DNA of 64,000 nt from a bacterium (GCA_963692865.2 OY843592.1:192001-256000); one strand, 5' to 3'. Counted from the first letter of the stretch, positions 30,293-40,776 are shown. Numbers and translations are program-made. The notes: generated from the sequence alone by a model not told the origin.

Positions 30293-31198
30293 GAGTTACT
30301 CTCAGATCTGGTGTATGGGCGGAATTGAAGAAAGCGGTGCATTCCTACTGAAACGGGGTTTTTGGAATCCCGGTCATTCAGCAAATAGGAGATGCACCAC
30401 CATGCACAAAGATACGACGATTCCCTTTACGAATCCAGCCTTTCGGGACGAACTGAGCGAATTGGTGCGCGAGGGCAGCAACGAATCATCCGTCATGCCG
30501 TGGAAGCGGAGTTGGGGGCCTTCTCGGAGGAGCATTCGGGCGAGCGTGACGCGCGGGGCCGTCGCGCGCTCGGGCGCAACAGTTATCTGCCTTCGCGGGA
30601 GGTGTTGACGGGAAGCGGCCCGGTGTTTCCGCTCGGAGCTGTTGCCGCCGTATTTGAAGACGGTGTTCCCGCGCACCACGGTCCAAGCCTGCATCGTTCA
30701 TCTGATTCGCAATTCGATGTCGTTCGTCGCCTGGAAGGACCACCGGAAGGTCATGCCCGATCTCAAGGCCGGTCTGCCGGGCCGAAACGCTCAAGGCCGC
30801 GGCGGCTAGGCTCGATGAGTTCGAAGCCTGCTGGGGGGAGCGCTACCCGGCGGTGGCCCCCGCTTGGAGGCGCGCCTGGGAACACGTCGTGCCGATATTC
30901 GCCTTTCCGCTGGCCATCTGGAAGATAATCTATACGACCAACGCCTTGGAGAGCCTGCACCGCTCTTTGCGCAAGATTATCAAGACCCAGGGAATTTTTC
31001 CCAGTGACGAGGTGGTGGCCAAATTGCTGTTCTTGGCGATAGGTAACACCGGGATTCGCTGGTACCACCCTGTTGACTGGACCGCTGCGAAGGGACAGTT
31101 TGCCATTCTGTTCGAGGGTCGCTTTACTGGCTCAGCTAGCTGAGCCAGTAAGCCCAAAGGCTCGAGACCGTTGCTTACACAGAAAATCAGACATACCC
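30293..31198 (+). mobile_element. Degenerate, chimeric IS256-family remnants
   Basis: Left TIR GAGTTACTCTCAGATCTGGTGTATGG; frameshifted transposase pieces (ELVREG..RNSYLP; TVQACIVHLIRNS; IYTTNALES); right end TTACACAGAAAATCAGACATACCC. Confidence 0.85.
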
Positions 31199-31509
31199 GG
31201 CGACCACAGACCTACTCATTTCTATGCGTCCAACGGCGTAAATGAAATTCTGGTGGGCATCGAAACCCTCTCAGTGCTGGAGGCAGCCTTGCCCCGCAGC
31301 CTGCGGTCTAGTAATCGAGAGGGCTTTTATTTACCAAGACGAACTACGCGAAGCCTGTAGCCGAGCGAACAGCTTTGAACTACCCGGTAAGATCGCTCCT
31401 CTGGAGTAAGCCACGACACAAAAGGAACACGCGCTTCACGAAGCGCCACTACAGGTAGGAATTGCAACAATAGACAACCGATGCTTTTTGGATTTCTAAA
31501 CTTCAGCGT

Positions 31510-32679
31510 TCAATCAGTATTACGTTCAATCAGTATTAACTGAGAATTGAATTTCACGCCTGCGACTTCACAGGCCGTTTGGATATGGTGTCGGATTCGC
31601 GACGTACTAAGACTTGTCCCCATCCACCATCCATTCTCCAAATTCAGAGATGCTTTTTCCACAAACTTGGGGTCGGCGTAAAGGTCGTTGCGGTTTTGCG
31701 CCACTAACTGATTTTTCGTCCCCTTTGTTCTTTCTGCAAGGCGAGCTATAAATTCGGGATTGCGGTTTTGAAACTCTTTTAGTATTTCAGCCAGAGTTTC
31801 TCTGGCAGATTTTTTATTAAACTCCTCACCATCAAGGAAAAACCCGATAATCGTAGACTTTAGCTTGCTTGTCGATTGTGAAGAAGTGGCAGCTGATTTT
31901 TTCGGCTGGGATGGCGACGGAGAAGTTGATCTCTTAAACTTCGAGCGAGAGGGTGTCGATATGGTATTAAAATGTAGACCCTTCAAAAATGAATCCACAT
32001 CATTCATCTCTGGTTTAGTTCCACATCGCCTCTTCACCTCTCTAGCAAGAAAATTATAAAGAGTAGTATTCGAGGTCTCTACCAGTTTTTGCCATACGAT
32101 CGGTATATTCTCACGTGCCTCCTTGATACTTATGTTCTTGTTATATTGTTTCTTTGCGTTATTTTCAGCAGTTTTTTTAGTAACGATACGATCCTTCCGA
32201 AGATATGCGCTTAGGTTAGAGGCATATTCTTTGATTTTCTCCCTTTCATTGTTCTCCAGTTTCATCTGACTGAGCAGCCGATCAGTATGAGTATCTTTTC
32301 GCCTGCCTATTTTGTCGCCAGCATAAAATGTCCACGTTTCTCCATCCGTCAAAACAAGGAACAGAACTTTTTCATTCGCGGCATACTCAAACAATTGCTC
32401 TTCTGCCTTTTGGTCGGCTTTGCCAATTTTTTTGGCTTCGATGAAAACTTCCGCAGCTTGGTAGCTACTTTTCAGCGCGTAGTCCACGCTGGGATTCTTC
32501 CCCTGCTTTTCTGTATTGCGTTTCGCGACGTACTCCTTTTCTACGTCATTCTTATTGTGAATATCCCAACCTAACTTGCTCAAAATCGATTCTATAATCT
32601 GTTTGCTGTCTTCTTCGTCTTTCAAATTGTTTTCGCGGATACGATTGACCGCCGTTGTCAAGACCTCTTCCAGACTCAT
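31510..32679 (-). CDS. HsdR-N-like PD-(D/E)XK nuclease with C-terminal SeqA-like/modified-DNA reader-like domain
   Basis: VDYAL...FIEAKK, QLFEYA, LTDGETW; Ser/Pro linker; C-terminal LENGWWMGTSLS...ACEVAG. Confidence 0.7.
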   Translation of the reverse strand: MSLEEVLTTAVNRIRENNLKDEEDSKQIIESILSKLGWDIHNKNDVEKEYVAKRNTEKQGKNPSVDYALKSSYQAAEVFIEAKKIGKADQKAEEQLFEYAANEKVLFLVLTDGETWTFYAGDKIGRRKDTHTDRLLSQMKLENNEREKIKEYASNLSAYLRKDRIVTKKTAENNAKKQYNKNISIKEARENIPIVWQKLVETSNTTLYNFLAREVKRRCGTKPEMNDVDSFLKGLHFNTISTPSRSKFKRSTSPSPSQPKKSAATSSQSTSKLKSTIIGFFLDGEEFNKKSARETLAEILKEFQNRNPEFIARLAERTKGTKNQLVAQNRNDLYADPKFVEKASLNLENGWWMGTSLSTSRIRHHIQTACEVAGVKFNSQLILIERNTD

Positions 32680-33041
32680 TCTGCCAGACGCCTCCTCAAC
32701 AAAAAATCGTGTCTATCTCAATACAAGTAAGGGACGCATGTATGTCAGTCGCAACCCCGGAGAAGAGTCGCCACCTACCAATGACACTTTTGCTCTACTT
32801 GCTAGTTCCTACTCGTCTTGGTACTGCTGGCAACTCTGATTGTAGCAAGTCAAGAGGTGGCCGCAAACCACAACTGAGGGTGACAAGGTAAACATCACGC
32901 AGGGATTGTTGCTGATCGATCCCTACGCGCAATCTACTACGGTAACTTTCGGGTTAATGTTACAACTGGACTAAATGTTGTGCCCCCCCCCCGACAACTC
33001 GGAAATTCTGTTGCAAATAGCGAAAAGCAGAAATGTGTTGG

Positions 33042-33653
33042 TTATGGCGCGACTCCCACAAGCACCAGGGGAACCGCGGGAACACCGCGTCCTTGCCGCA
33101 AAACGTTCAGCAAATCACGCTCGTAGTAAGCGACGCCGGAGGACATCTCACGCTCCAGTTCCTTCATGGGGAGAATTTCTATTCCTACGTCAATGATGTC
33201 GGAAACAAAAAAACTGAGATGCTTCACGAAAAGGTCGTGCGCGACGAAGGCGTACTTGCCGAACTGAACCTCCACCGCAACGCGCTCTTTCACGAAATCC
33301 GTCTGGTTGTAAGACATGATAGGATCGTATCCCGCCTTTTCAATCGCGCGTTTTTGCTCATTTTCCGACAGTCCGTATATGCCGCGCATGAGCTTCTCAT
33401 CCGCCGTTAGCCAGAAAGTGCTTCGGCGCTCGCTCCAGCCCCGCGCTGTGAGGCCATCCTTGAATGCTCGGTTCATGTCGGCGGGCGAGAACAACATCTT
33501 CCCGGGCATGGTCTTTTCTCTGGAAATCTTGGTCCGGCAAGCCATCGCGTCAACTTCCGCGATGACATCCTTTACTTCATCCCACAACTGTTTGCGATGG
33601 ACGAGCAGGTATTCCTCGCCGTTCAGATGTGAATATTTGGCTTCAATGCGCAC
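33042..33653 (-). CDS. Type II restriction endonuclease, BglII/BstYI family (probably RGATCY)
   Basis: 203 aa; YSHLNG, SYNQTDFVKERVAVEVQFGKY, SSGVAYYE, RQGRGVPAVPLVLVGVAP closely resemble BstYI as recalled. Confidence 0.9.
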   Translation of the reverse strand: MRIEAKYSHLNGEEYLLVHRKQLWDEVKDVIAEVDAMACRTKISREKTMPGKMLFSPADMNRAFKDGLTARGWSERRSTFWLTADEKLMRGIYGLSENEQKRAIEKAGYDPIMSYNQTDFVKERVAVEVQFGKYAFVAHDLFVKHLSFFVSDIIDVGIEILPMKELEREMSSGVAYYERDLLNVLRQGRGVPAVPLVLVGVAP

Positions 33654-34567
33654 TAATGCCCACCATTGGGTTTCGCTGGATCGTAGATAGGCTTTCCCAT
33701 TGGGCGCGTTTTAAGGGTTCCCGCATAAAAGCGACGCACTCGGTCCAGCGCGATGTCCACGTATTCGGAAACAACGTCACAGCCATAGGCCGTTCTCCCG
33801 TGCATGAGCGCTGCGATGACGGAGGAACCAACTCCCATATAAGGGTCGAAAACGGCGTCGCCCTCGTCCGTCATGGAGAGAACGAGGCGTTCCACGAGTT
33901 CAACGGGGAACTGGCAGGGATGAATCGTTTTTTCCGGATGATTGCTCTTCACGTTCGGGAATACCCACACGTCGCTCGGGTTCTTTCCCTTTGGATTCCC
34001 CGAGAGTTTGCCGATGTTCGGCCCCTTGAAATGTTTTTTGCCGGGATATTTCGCTGGAACCCGTATTGGGTCGAGGTGCCAGGTGTAATCATCACCCTTT
34101 GTCCACCAGTTGATGGTTTCGTATCTGCCCGAGAGCCGCTTGGTGCAGTGAAGCCCGTGGCCGAAACTCCAAACGATTCGGTTGCGTAGTTTAAGACCCT
34201 GTTCCCGAAAGAGAGGATAGAGAATTGCGTCTAGCGGAATAATCTCTCCATTTTCCACATAATTACCAACCTGCCAGCAGATGGAGCCATTGGGATGCAG
34301 GAGCCGCATACACTCGCGTATCACACTTTCCTGCGCTTCGACGTAATCATCGAGCGGGGTTCTCGATTCGTATTCCTTGCCTAGGTTATAAGGAGGCGAG
34401 GTAACGATGAGCTTCATGCTCTCATCGGGAAGCTCGCTCATGAAATCGAGGTTGTCAGCGCAAGCGAGAATGGATTGACTTTTTGGTTTTTCCTGCTCCA
34501 ATCGAGGGAGCAATATCTGCGCCGGTTGCCGCGATGCGCCATCAAGATACGAAGCGGCGTTGTTCAT
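33653..34567 (-). CDS. Amino-methyltransferase, beta class (likely N4-cytosine), cognate of the REase
   Basis: TSPPYN motif IV, HPCQFP, DPYMGVGS motif I; stop/start coupled to the REase. Confidence 0.92.
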   Translation of the reverse strand: MNNAASYLDGASRQPAQILLPRLEQEKPKSQSILACADNLDFMSELPDESMKLIVTSPPYNLGKEYESRTPLDDYVEAQESVIRECMRLLHPNGSICWQVGNYVENGEIIPLDAILYPLFREQGLKLRNRIVWSFGHGLHCTKRLSGRYETINWWTKGDDYTWHLDPIRVPAKYPGKKHFKGPNIGKLSGNPKGKNPSDVWVFPNVKSNHPEKTIHPCQFPVELVERLVLSMTDEGDAVFDPYMGVGSSVIAALMHGRTAYGCDVVSEYVDIALDRVRRFYAGTLKTRPMGKPIYDPAKPNGGH

Positions 34568-34616
34568 CCAGTTTCCTCAAAGGGCGGAAAAACACCAACC
34601 GGCTGGGAAACTCAAT

Positions 34617-35040
34617 TTATAACTTACCTTGGTTAGCCAAAGCAACAAAGTTTTCCAAGTCCATTAGCGTGACTAAATTTGCATGTACTATATGACGATT
34701 CAGGCCACCTCCTAAATAATAATCACGCAAACTCCACCCAGCACCACCAAGGACAAGGTAAGCCTTTATACCTGCTTCATTTTGTATTGCTTCGGCGAGA
34801 CATATCATCTCATAAGGAACCTTTTGTTCGGCTGTGCCGGAAACCTGTTGCCATTTGAGAGAGATCAGATATTTATTGCCACTATCATCTTTCGCCAACA
34901 CATCCAGGCGGTGGCGTTTTCCATTCGGTCTTTCGCCAATAAACACCTGTGTTTCATAATTGGTATCCTCCATTCGCCAGCGCAGGTAGGACCATCGCCT
35001 CCAAAACCCCACCCGTTCGCGTATCACGCACAGCACTCAC
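34617..35040 (-). pseudogene. PD-(D/E)XK nuclease, frameshifted
   Basis: GTG start with GGAG RBS gives RDTRTGGVLEAMVLPALANGGYQ; one extra base near 34958 precedes YETQVFIG..RLDVL..ISLKWQQVSGTAEQK. Confidence 0.65.
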
Positions 35041-35264
35041 GTCTCCATTCCTTTCACTGCTAAAACCTCTCGCGCCGGGGAGCGGTCACCAGTGCAGCTG
35101 ATCCGGCGCGGCCCCATGATTAGGATGTATCATTGATAGACTGCAGTTTTCATGCTATCAACGGCGAGTTGGATACAGAAAAATATGTTGTAAGGATGAA
35201 CTGCGTTACGCTATAGAAATTTGGTGGCGTCGAAAATTTGTATGGCCAGTATTTTGTATAAGAT

Positions 35265-35325
35265 AGCTAACCAGTCACTCCAGCCGACGCTGCTGACGCG
35301 GCGCGGCTGAGCTTGGTCGTTAACC
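35265..35325 (+). other. Integron attC recombination site
   Basis: R'' AGCTAAC, L'' CTC(C)AGCCG with an extrahelical base, L' CGGCTGAG, R' GTTAACC; 61 bp. Confidence 0.75.
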
Positions 35326-35340
35326 GCTCGGGAAACTACC

Positions 35341-35889
35341 ATGAAGCCATTACCCACTAACTACAAAGACTGCACCTTCCGTTCCAGGACTGAGGCTAGA
35401 TGGGCTGTCTTCTTCACTCACATGGACTGGAAGTGGAAGTACGAGGACCAAGGGTATGAGTTGGAGTCTGGTGGATATTACCTACCGGATTTCGAGATTC
35501 TTCTGCCCAATCTAGAGGAGTGGTACGTAGAAGTTAAGCCAGACAACTTCGACAAGTTCGATGAAGATGAGTATATGGCCAAACTGCAACGCTTCACATC
35601 TGAGGCCGAGAAGGATCTCTTAATTCTGGATGGCAATCCCTCGTGCAAACCTTTTGACATCGTCTGTCATCGATTAGAGGGACAATCCCTAGGATTGGCA
35701 TTTCTGCAAGACTACGAGCCATATGTCAGGTGGATTGATGAATATTGGATGGGGTACATCAGTCTTGACGAGAGAACGGGTAGACACTTCACAGAGCATG
35801 CCGATAACGAGCGTATGCAGAGGAAATCGTTTGGGCGACAGTATGTTGAGTCATTGAAGGCCGCCATGAATGAGAAGTTTGGCATCTGA
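35341..35889 (+). CDS. PD-(D/E)XK nuclease-like protein in a probable gene cassette
   Basis: FRSRTEARWAVFF..YE..YLPDF..VEVKP; starts 16 bp after the attC; followed by a truncated attC start GACTAAC at 35902. Confidence 0.75.
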   Translation: MKPLPTNYKDCTFRSRTEARWAVFFTHMDWKWKYEDQGYELESGGYYLPDFEILLPNLEEWYVEVKPDNFDKFDEDEYMAKLQRFTSEAEKDLLILDGNPSCKPFDIVCHRLEGQSLGLAFLQDYEPYVRWIDEYWMGYISLDERTGRHFTEHADNERMQRKSFGRQYVESLKAAMNEKFGI

Positions 35890-36189
35890 GTACCGCAACC
35901 TGACTAACAAATTGGTGCAGCGCTTAACCGACAGGGACACTCGGGAATGCGCAAGAGTTGTAATCCGCCCGCTTCCGATTTGATTACTTCTTTCAAAAAC
36001 CGAATTCCGATCAAGATCAGGAACCACACATATTTCTCAACAATATCAACACAACTGGGGAAATCCCCGCCTGTCGGAAACAACCTACCGTCTGAAAACG
36101 GGCGGATGATGAGTTTGACGCGTACATATAACCTCCAGACGACCTGGCAGCGCAGATAGAGCCCATCCTGACCGGCTATCCATACAGTT

Positions 36190-36548
36190 CGCCAAAGTAT
36201 GCGAAATACCCTAGGGCCGCCAAGCATCTGGCGAGGGACCACGAAGAATTGCTCGCCTTCTACGACTTCCCGGCGGCGCACTGGGGGAGACTTCGGGCGA
36301 CGAACCCCATCGAGTCGACCTTCGCCACGATCCGGTTTCGAACGATGAAGACCAGGAACTGCCTGAGTGAGAAGACGGTGCTGAGTCTGGTGCACCAACT
36401 CGCCATGAGCGCCGAGAAGCGATGGCGCCGCCTACGGAGCTTCCGTCATCTGGCCGACGTGAGGTTCACCGATTGGGTGGACATAAAAGAAACGAGCGGG
36501 AGGGTCGCTGGATTCGGGACGACCATACACAACATTTGGCCGTAACTC
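36190..36548 (+). mobile_element. IS256-family 3' remnant with right TIR
   Basis: LAFYDFPAAHWGRLRATNPIESTFATIR; end CCATACACAACATTTGGCCGTAACTC. Confidence 0.85.
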
Positions 36549-36792
36549 CGTGGCCATTGGTGCTGGCCAGATCGTGAGCCTCGTCGGCGACGCCTGTGAT
36601 GATGGCGACCACGCATGCCGAGTGTTCGACGCCCTTCTTCATTGCCGCCATGGACCTGTTGGCCATCTTGGTATCCAACCACACCGTATACCCTTGCTCT
36701 CTGAGGGACCTATACAACGCCTCCGCCATCGTTGCGCCCTGCGAACTGCGGTGCGTATAGCTCAAGAAGACATCCCACCCGAGAGAGATCAT
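36549..36792 (-). pseudogene. TIR domain protein truncated by IS256
   Basis: WDVFLSYTH..LYRSLREQGYTVWLD..MKKGVEHSACVVAIIT; frame runs into the IS end. Confidence 0.7.
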
Positions 36793-36881
36793 GCTCGTCT
36801 CCTTTGAGTACCACGTATTTATGCTAATGCAGTCAGTCCCTTACTAGCGCAACAACAGCATCCTCTGTGCTATCATAGAAA

Positions 36882-38594
36882 CTAATCACTCTCGCGTTTC
36901 TGTTTCAGGCGCTGATCAGGAACGGAACAACCATTTCGGATATTAAAGTCTTTAAGAAAGTCCAACACCTCTCTATAATGCACGGCGATCCCGATACCTT
37001 CCAGCGCCCTCGGTCCACTAGGCGTCAACAACTCCCATGGTGAGAAGGTGTTGACACCAATCACTTCACCACTCTCCAGAATCAATGGGCCACCGGAATT
37101 GCCTAGATTGAGTGCCGCATCCGTTTGAATCGCGAGTACTTGCCTGGCGCGCCCGAATTCCTGTCCGAATTTCTTTTTCCCGCTTGAGCGAATACCCCTT
37201 GTAATAGAATATATGCCCACACTACTTACGAGACCTCCCGCAACACTGTACGAAAAATAAGGCCCCGGGTGCCCTATCGCAAGAACTGGCATCCCCAGGG
37301 CTAAGGTGCCACAAAATAATGAGCGTGGCTTTATTCCTACTGGCCCTCCCACCACTCGTATCAAGGCCAAATCACGTCGTTTATCGGAACCAACCACTAA
37401 GCCCCGATGAGGAGGCGATGAACGCAAGTGAGGTTTCAAAGGGTTCCACATGCATTGGATAAACCTACTAATGGTGCCTGCATTTTCACACCGAGCTCCC
37501 GGCATGGATATATTGACAAACGCTTCCGTATTGTCTCCTCCCTTCCCACATTTTTTATCGCGCTCCCTGAGATCCTGAACGACGTGCCAATTAGTCAATA
37601 CGTGCGTTTTGTCAACAAAAAATCCGGTCCCCGTCCCGCAAGAACTTGTGACCCGCACTACGCCTTCGATAATGGAGCGCTCTATGTCGCCCTTATCCCC
37701 CTGAAAGTCAGACATCCAAAGATCACCTGCGGCAGCGAGTAACTTGGTCGCGAATTTCATCTCCGCTACGTAATCAGCATACTCGCCAAAAGTCTTAAAA
37801 GTCTTCTTTTCCTTTATGCCAGTGCCGCTCAGAATGGATTTCAATAAATCGACTCTTCTCAGATAAATTTCCTTAGGATTAGAATTTTTCCCAAAAGATA
37901 TGCAATTGCTCTTGCTATCGATTGGGTACTTGCCCTCAAGGTATGAGAAGGTCCTGAAATCGAGAATTGTATAAATTACGTTCACTTCCTGGCGAATTCT
38001 ATATTTGGCCGATCTCTCGTCCACTAAACCCTTCCCACAAATACGACGCTTTACCCGAGCTGAAGCTATATCCAACAGAACAACGACATCATGAGCACCC
38101 TTCAGTTTTTCTATGCGTTCGACGAAACGATTTATCCACTTATTGTAATTATTACGCGCAAGTATCCTATCCAGAGGTTCTGAAAAGAATTTATCTTCAC
38201 TAGATTCATCTGATGGGTGTCCCTCGACGCCCACAGGAAATTCTCCCTGCCTGAGAAAATCTTTCGACACAATAATCTTCAGGAATCTGTCGTGTATTCT
38301 CCCGAAACGCTCTATGCCTGATAAAGCGGCGCCTAATCTCGCCTCAGTTTGATTTTTCCCATCTTTCAGGAGTTGACGTTCGGTGACCTTGAAATACAAG
38401 CGACGTAAATCTTGACGGCTGGCGGGCGGAAGCGAATCCCAATGGAGAGCGATTATTTTCTCCAGGCGCTTCAGCGACACTTGCGACGGATTGGAAGAAA
38501 GGACGCCTTGGATATCCGGGCTGATGCAACCGGACATCACAGTGGCTGCCGCAAAGGCGAGCAGAACGAGTTTACGGGCATGCAAACGCATCAT
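36882..38594 (-). CDS. Lipoprotein with C-terminal trypsin-like (S1C/HtrA-type, no PDZ) serine protease domain
   Basis: GGAGG RBS, signal MMRLHARKLVLLAFAAATVMSGC; TNWHVV, DLAL, GNSGGP triad. Confidence 0.8.
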   Translation of the reverse strand: MMRLHARKLVLLAFAAATVMSGCISPDIQGVLSSNPSQVSLKRLEKIIALHWDSLPPASRQDLRRLYFKVTERQLLKDGKNQTEARLGAALSGIERFGRIHDRFLKIIVSKDFLRQGEFPVGVEGHPSDESSEDKFFSEPLDRILARNNYNKWINRFVERIEKLKGAHDVVVLLDIASARVKRRICGKGLVDERSAKYRIRQEVNVIYTILDFRTFSYLEGKYPIDSKSNCISFGKNSNPKEIYLRRVDLLKSILSGTGIKEKKTFKTFGEYADYVAEMKFATKLLAAAGDLWMSDFQGDKGDIERSIIEGVVRVTSSCGTGTGFFVDKTHVLTNWHVVQDLRERDKKCGKGGDNTEAFVNISMPGARCENAGTISRFIQCMWNPLKPHLRSSPPHRGLVVGSDKRRDLALIRVVGGPVGIKPRSLFCGTLALGMPVLAIGHPGPYFSYSVAGGLVSSVGIYSITRGIRSSGKKKFGQEFGRARQVLAIQTDAALNLGNSGGPLILESGEVIGVNTFSPWELLTPSGPRALEGIGIAVHYREVLDFLKDFNIRNGCSVPDQRLKQKRESD

Positions 38595-38988
38595 CTCGAC
38601 ATCCTCCGAGGTTTTTTGGTTTTCGTTGTAATTGACAAAACTGCTTTTCCGGATATCGCACTCATTTGATTCTCTTATTTGAAATTTGTTATTCCTCACA
38701 GAAATCGACGCACGATTTCAAAATAACGCAACAACACTTCCTATCGGACGCTACCGAAAACTGCGGTCAGATCGTGGCGTTCTAAAATTCCGAGTGCGCC
38801 TTGGTGCTGGTCGTCGATGAATTTCCCGGAAACGTATTCGGCATCTATTGCAATGGTATAGTCTAGATTACTGTCCCCCCAAGTTGCGCCGGTTCCCCGA
38901 GTACCTGGGGCCGCACCGGCGCCCCAGTGCTCAAGATCGGTGAAACTGGCAGTCCTCCTTCCGGGCCGTGCAGAAAGTTCTATCGCGT

Positions 38989-40776
38989 TCAGAAGCGCAG
39001 GGAGTATCCGGCGAAGATGTTTGATTCACTCTCACCCGCCGCCGGGAAACGGGCGCCCGCCGAGATGCTCACGGTCGCGTTCTCATCCACCGCAATGTCG
39101 GAGGATACGGACACGCGGTGGTCCCAGCCTCCTTTGGAAAGATCGACCTTGCCGAAGGGGATGCTGGCTTCCCCGCCGAGAAAACGATCGCCGCGGACGG
39201 CGGCGGAGAGGAATACCTTTTCGGTCAGGTCAAACCCCTTGCGGACCGTGAACCCCAAGGATTCACCCTCCGCATCCCGGACACCTGTTCCCCCGTTTGA
39301 GATCTGCTTTTCAAAACGAAGGAACGCATTCTTGTGTCCGGCGGAGAGCTCCGCATTGAGGACTTCTCCGTGTCCTTTGGAGAAACCGAAAAAGTCAGAC
39401 CTTTCCCCAACGGCGGCAAGCGCGAAGAAATCTCCCGCTTTCTGCAGACCGACCAAGGATAGCGATCCTGAATTGTTCGGCACGGCGTTTAAAGAAAAGC
39501 CGTTATCACTGCCGGTAAAGCCGGTTAGTTTGATGCGGGCGGACGCGGTTTCGTCATCTTTCTCAAACTGCGCGTATGCCACACTTGACAAACCCGGCAT
39601 GCCGAAAGGTGTTGCCTGACCCGCAGTTCCGCTGCTCACTTCGCGGGTGATGTATCCTGCGACACTTCCCCCGGAAGGAAGCGACACACTTCTTCCACCG
39701 ACAGTAACGGTCTGTCCGTTCACAATAACCGTCGTTGTTCCGCCTGTCGGAAGATTGGTCAGTGAACCGACCACGCTTCCCATGCAGGTGAAGTCGGCGA
39801 CACCGACGCCGCCTGACCTTGCAAGCAGTGTTTCAATCCCATTACCCGACTTTCTGGCGCACGCCTTGCCAAAACGAGCAAGATCCCGGTGATCCGTTTC
39901 CGGAAACACCGCAAGGACGGATGCCAGAGCCGAGGCAACCTGCGGAGTACTAAGACTTGTACCTGATCCGATACCGGGGAAGTCAAATTGCGCCCAGAGG
40001 CAGCCCTCACTCACTCCCGGCTCTCTACAGTGCCTAGATTGAGCGTGACGGACATAGTTGCCATTGACATCCTTATCCCACCCCGCAACGAGCAACAGAT
40101 TGTTCGCGGCAATTCCACGCTTAACCCTCTCATTCACATTCAAAACCAAATGAGTGTCAGAAAGGACTCCATAGTCTTGCCCGATACCCTGATTCCCAGC
40201 ACCTTGTACAACCAAGTACGACGGCAAGGTGCCCTTATCAACAACTCTCCCGCCGGTTATTGAATTAGAAACTGAGACGATCTTCAGGTTCGGCATAGCG
40301 TCAAGCTGATCATCTCCCCAATTCACCGAGGTGTGTGTGAAGAAGTGGTCCGTAATACTTGTGTATGGAGCTGAACCGATTGAGGTCGTTACCGCTCCGT
40401 ATTCGTTTCGATGTTTCCCATAGTAGGATTCAGGATTGTCGCATTGAATGGTGTAGGAATTGCAGGCAACCCGACGGACTATTTGCGTATGCCGGCTGTT
40501 TTCAACATTAGTCCTCTCCTCTATGGCGAACATATCCTTCATCCGGCTGTTTGAAACCTTGATCTGGTTAAGCGGAATCTGGTTGATGCCGGGGATTGCC
40601 GATCTGCCGCGAGCGGGACCCGGCGGAGGTTTTGGTGTCGGTGGTGGAATTACTGCGGGCGGGTTTGATCCGCCTCCACCTCCGCCTCCGCCACCACCGC
40701 ATGCGGTCAGGATCATCATCGCCGCCAGCGCGAGGGCGGGCGCCGCTCGCCGGGTCAGTCTCTTCATGCTCTTCAT
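38989..40776 (-). CDS. Lipoprotein subtilase-like autotransporter
   Basis: LTAC lipobox, poly-Gly/Pro linker, GAGN oxyanion motif, GTSLSTPQVA catalytic Ser, beta-barrel C-terminus ending GYSLRF. Confidence 0.7.
   Translation of the reverse strand: MKSMKRLTRRAAPALALAAMMILTACGGGGGGGGGGSNPPAVIPPPTPKPPPGPARGRSAIPGINQIPLNQIKVSNSRMKDMFAIEERTNVENSRHTQIVRRVACNSYTIQCDNPESYYGKHRNEYGAVTTSIGSAPYTSITDHFFTHTSVNWGDDQLDAMPNLKIVSVSNSITGGRVVDKGTLPSYLVVQGAGNQGIGQDYGVLSDTHLVLNVNERVKRGIAANNLLLVAGWDKDVNGNYVRHAQSRHCREPGVSEGCLWAQFDFPGIGSGTSLSTPQVASALASVLAVFPETDHRDLARFGKACARKSGNGIETLLARSGGVGVADFTCMGSVVGSLTNLPTGGTTTVIVNGQTVTVGGRSVSLPSGGSVAGYITREVSSGTAGQATPFGMPGLSSVAYAQFEKDDETASARIKLTGFTGSDNGFSLNAVPNNSGSLSLVGLQKAGDFFALAAVGERSDFFGFSKGHGEVLNAELSAGHKNAFLRFEKQISNGGTGVRDAEGESLGFTVRKGFDLTEKVFLSAAVRGDRFLGGEASIPFGKVDLSKGGWDHRVSVSSDIAVDENATVSISAGARFPAAGESESNIFAGYSLRF

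Noticed and set aside
32983-32992. C10 tract as a phase-variable switch
   Set aside because: Intergenic, about 300 bp from the next start codon, with no evident promoter link.
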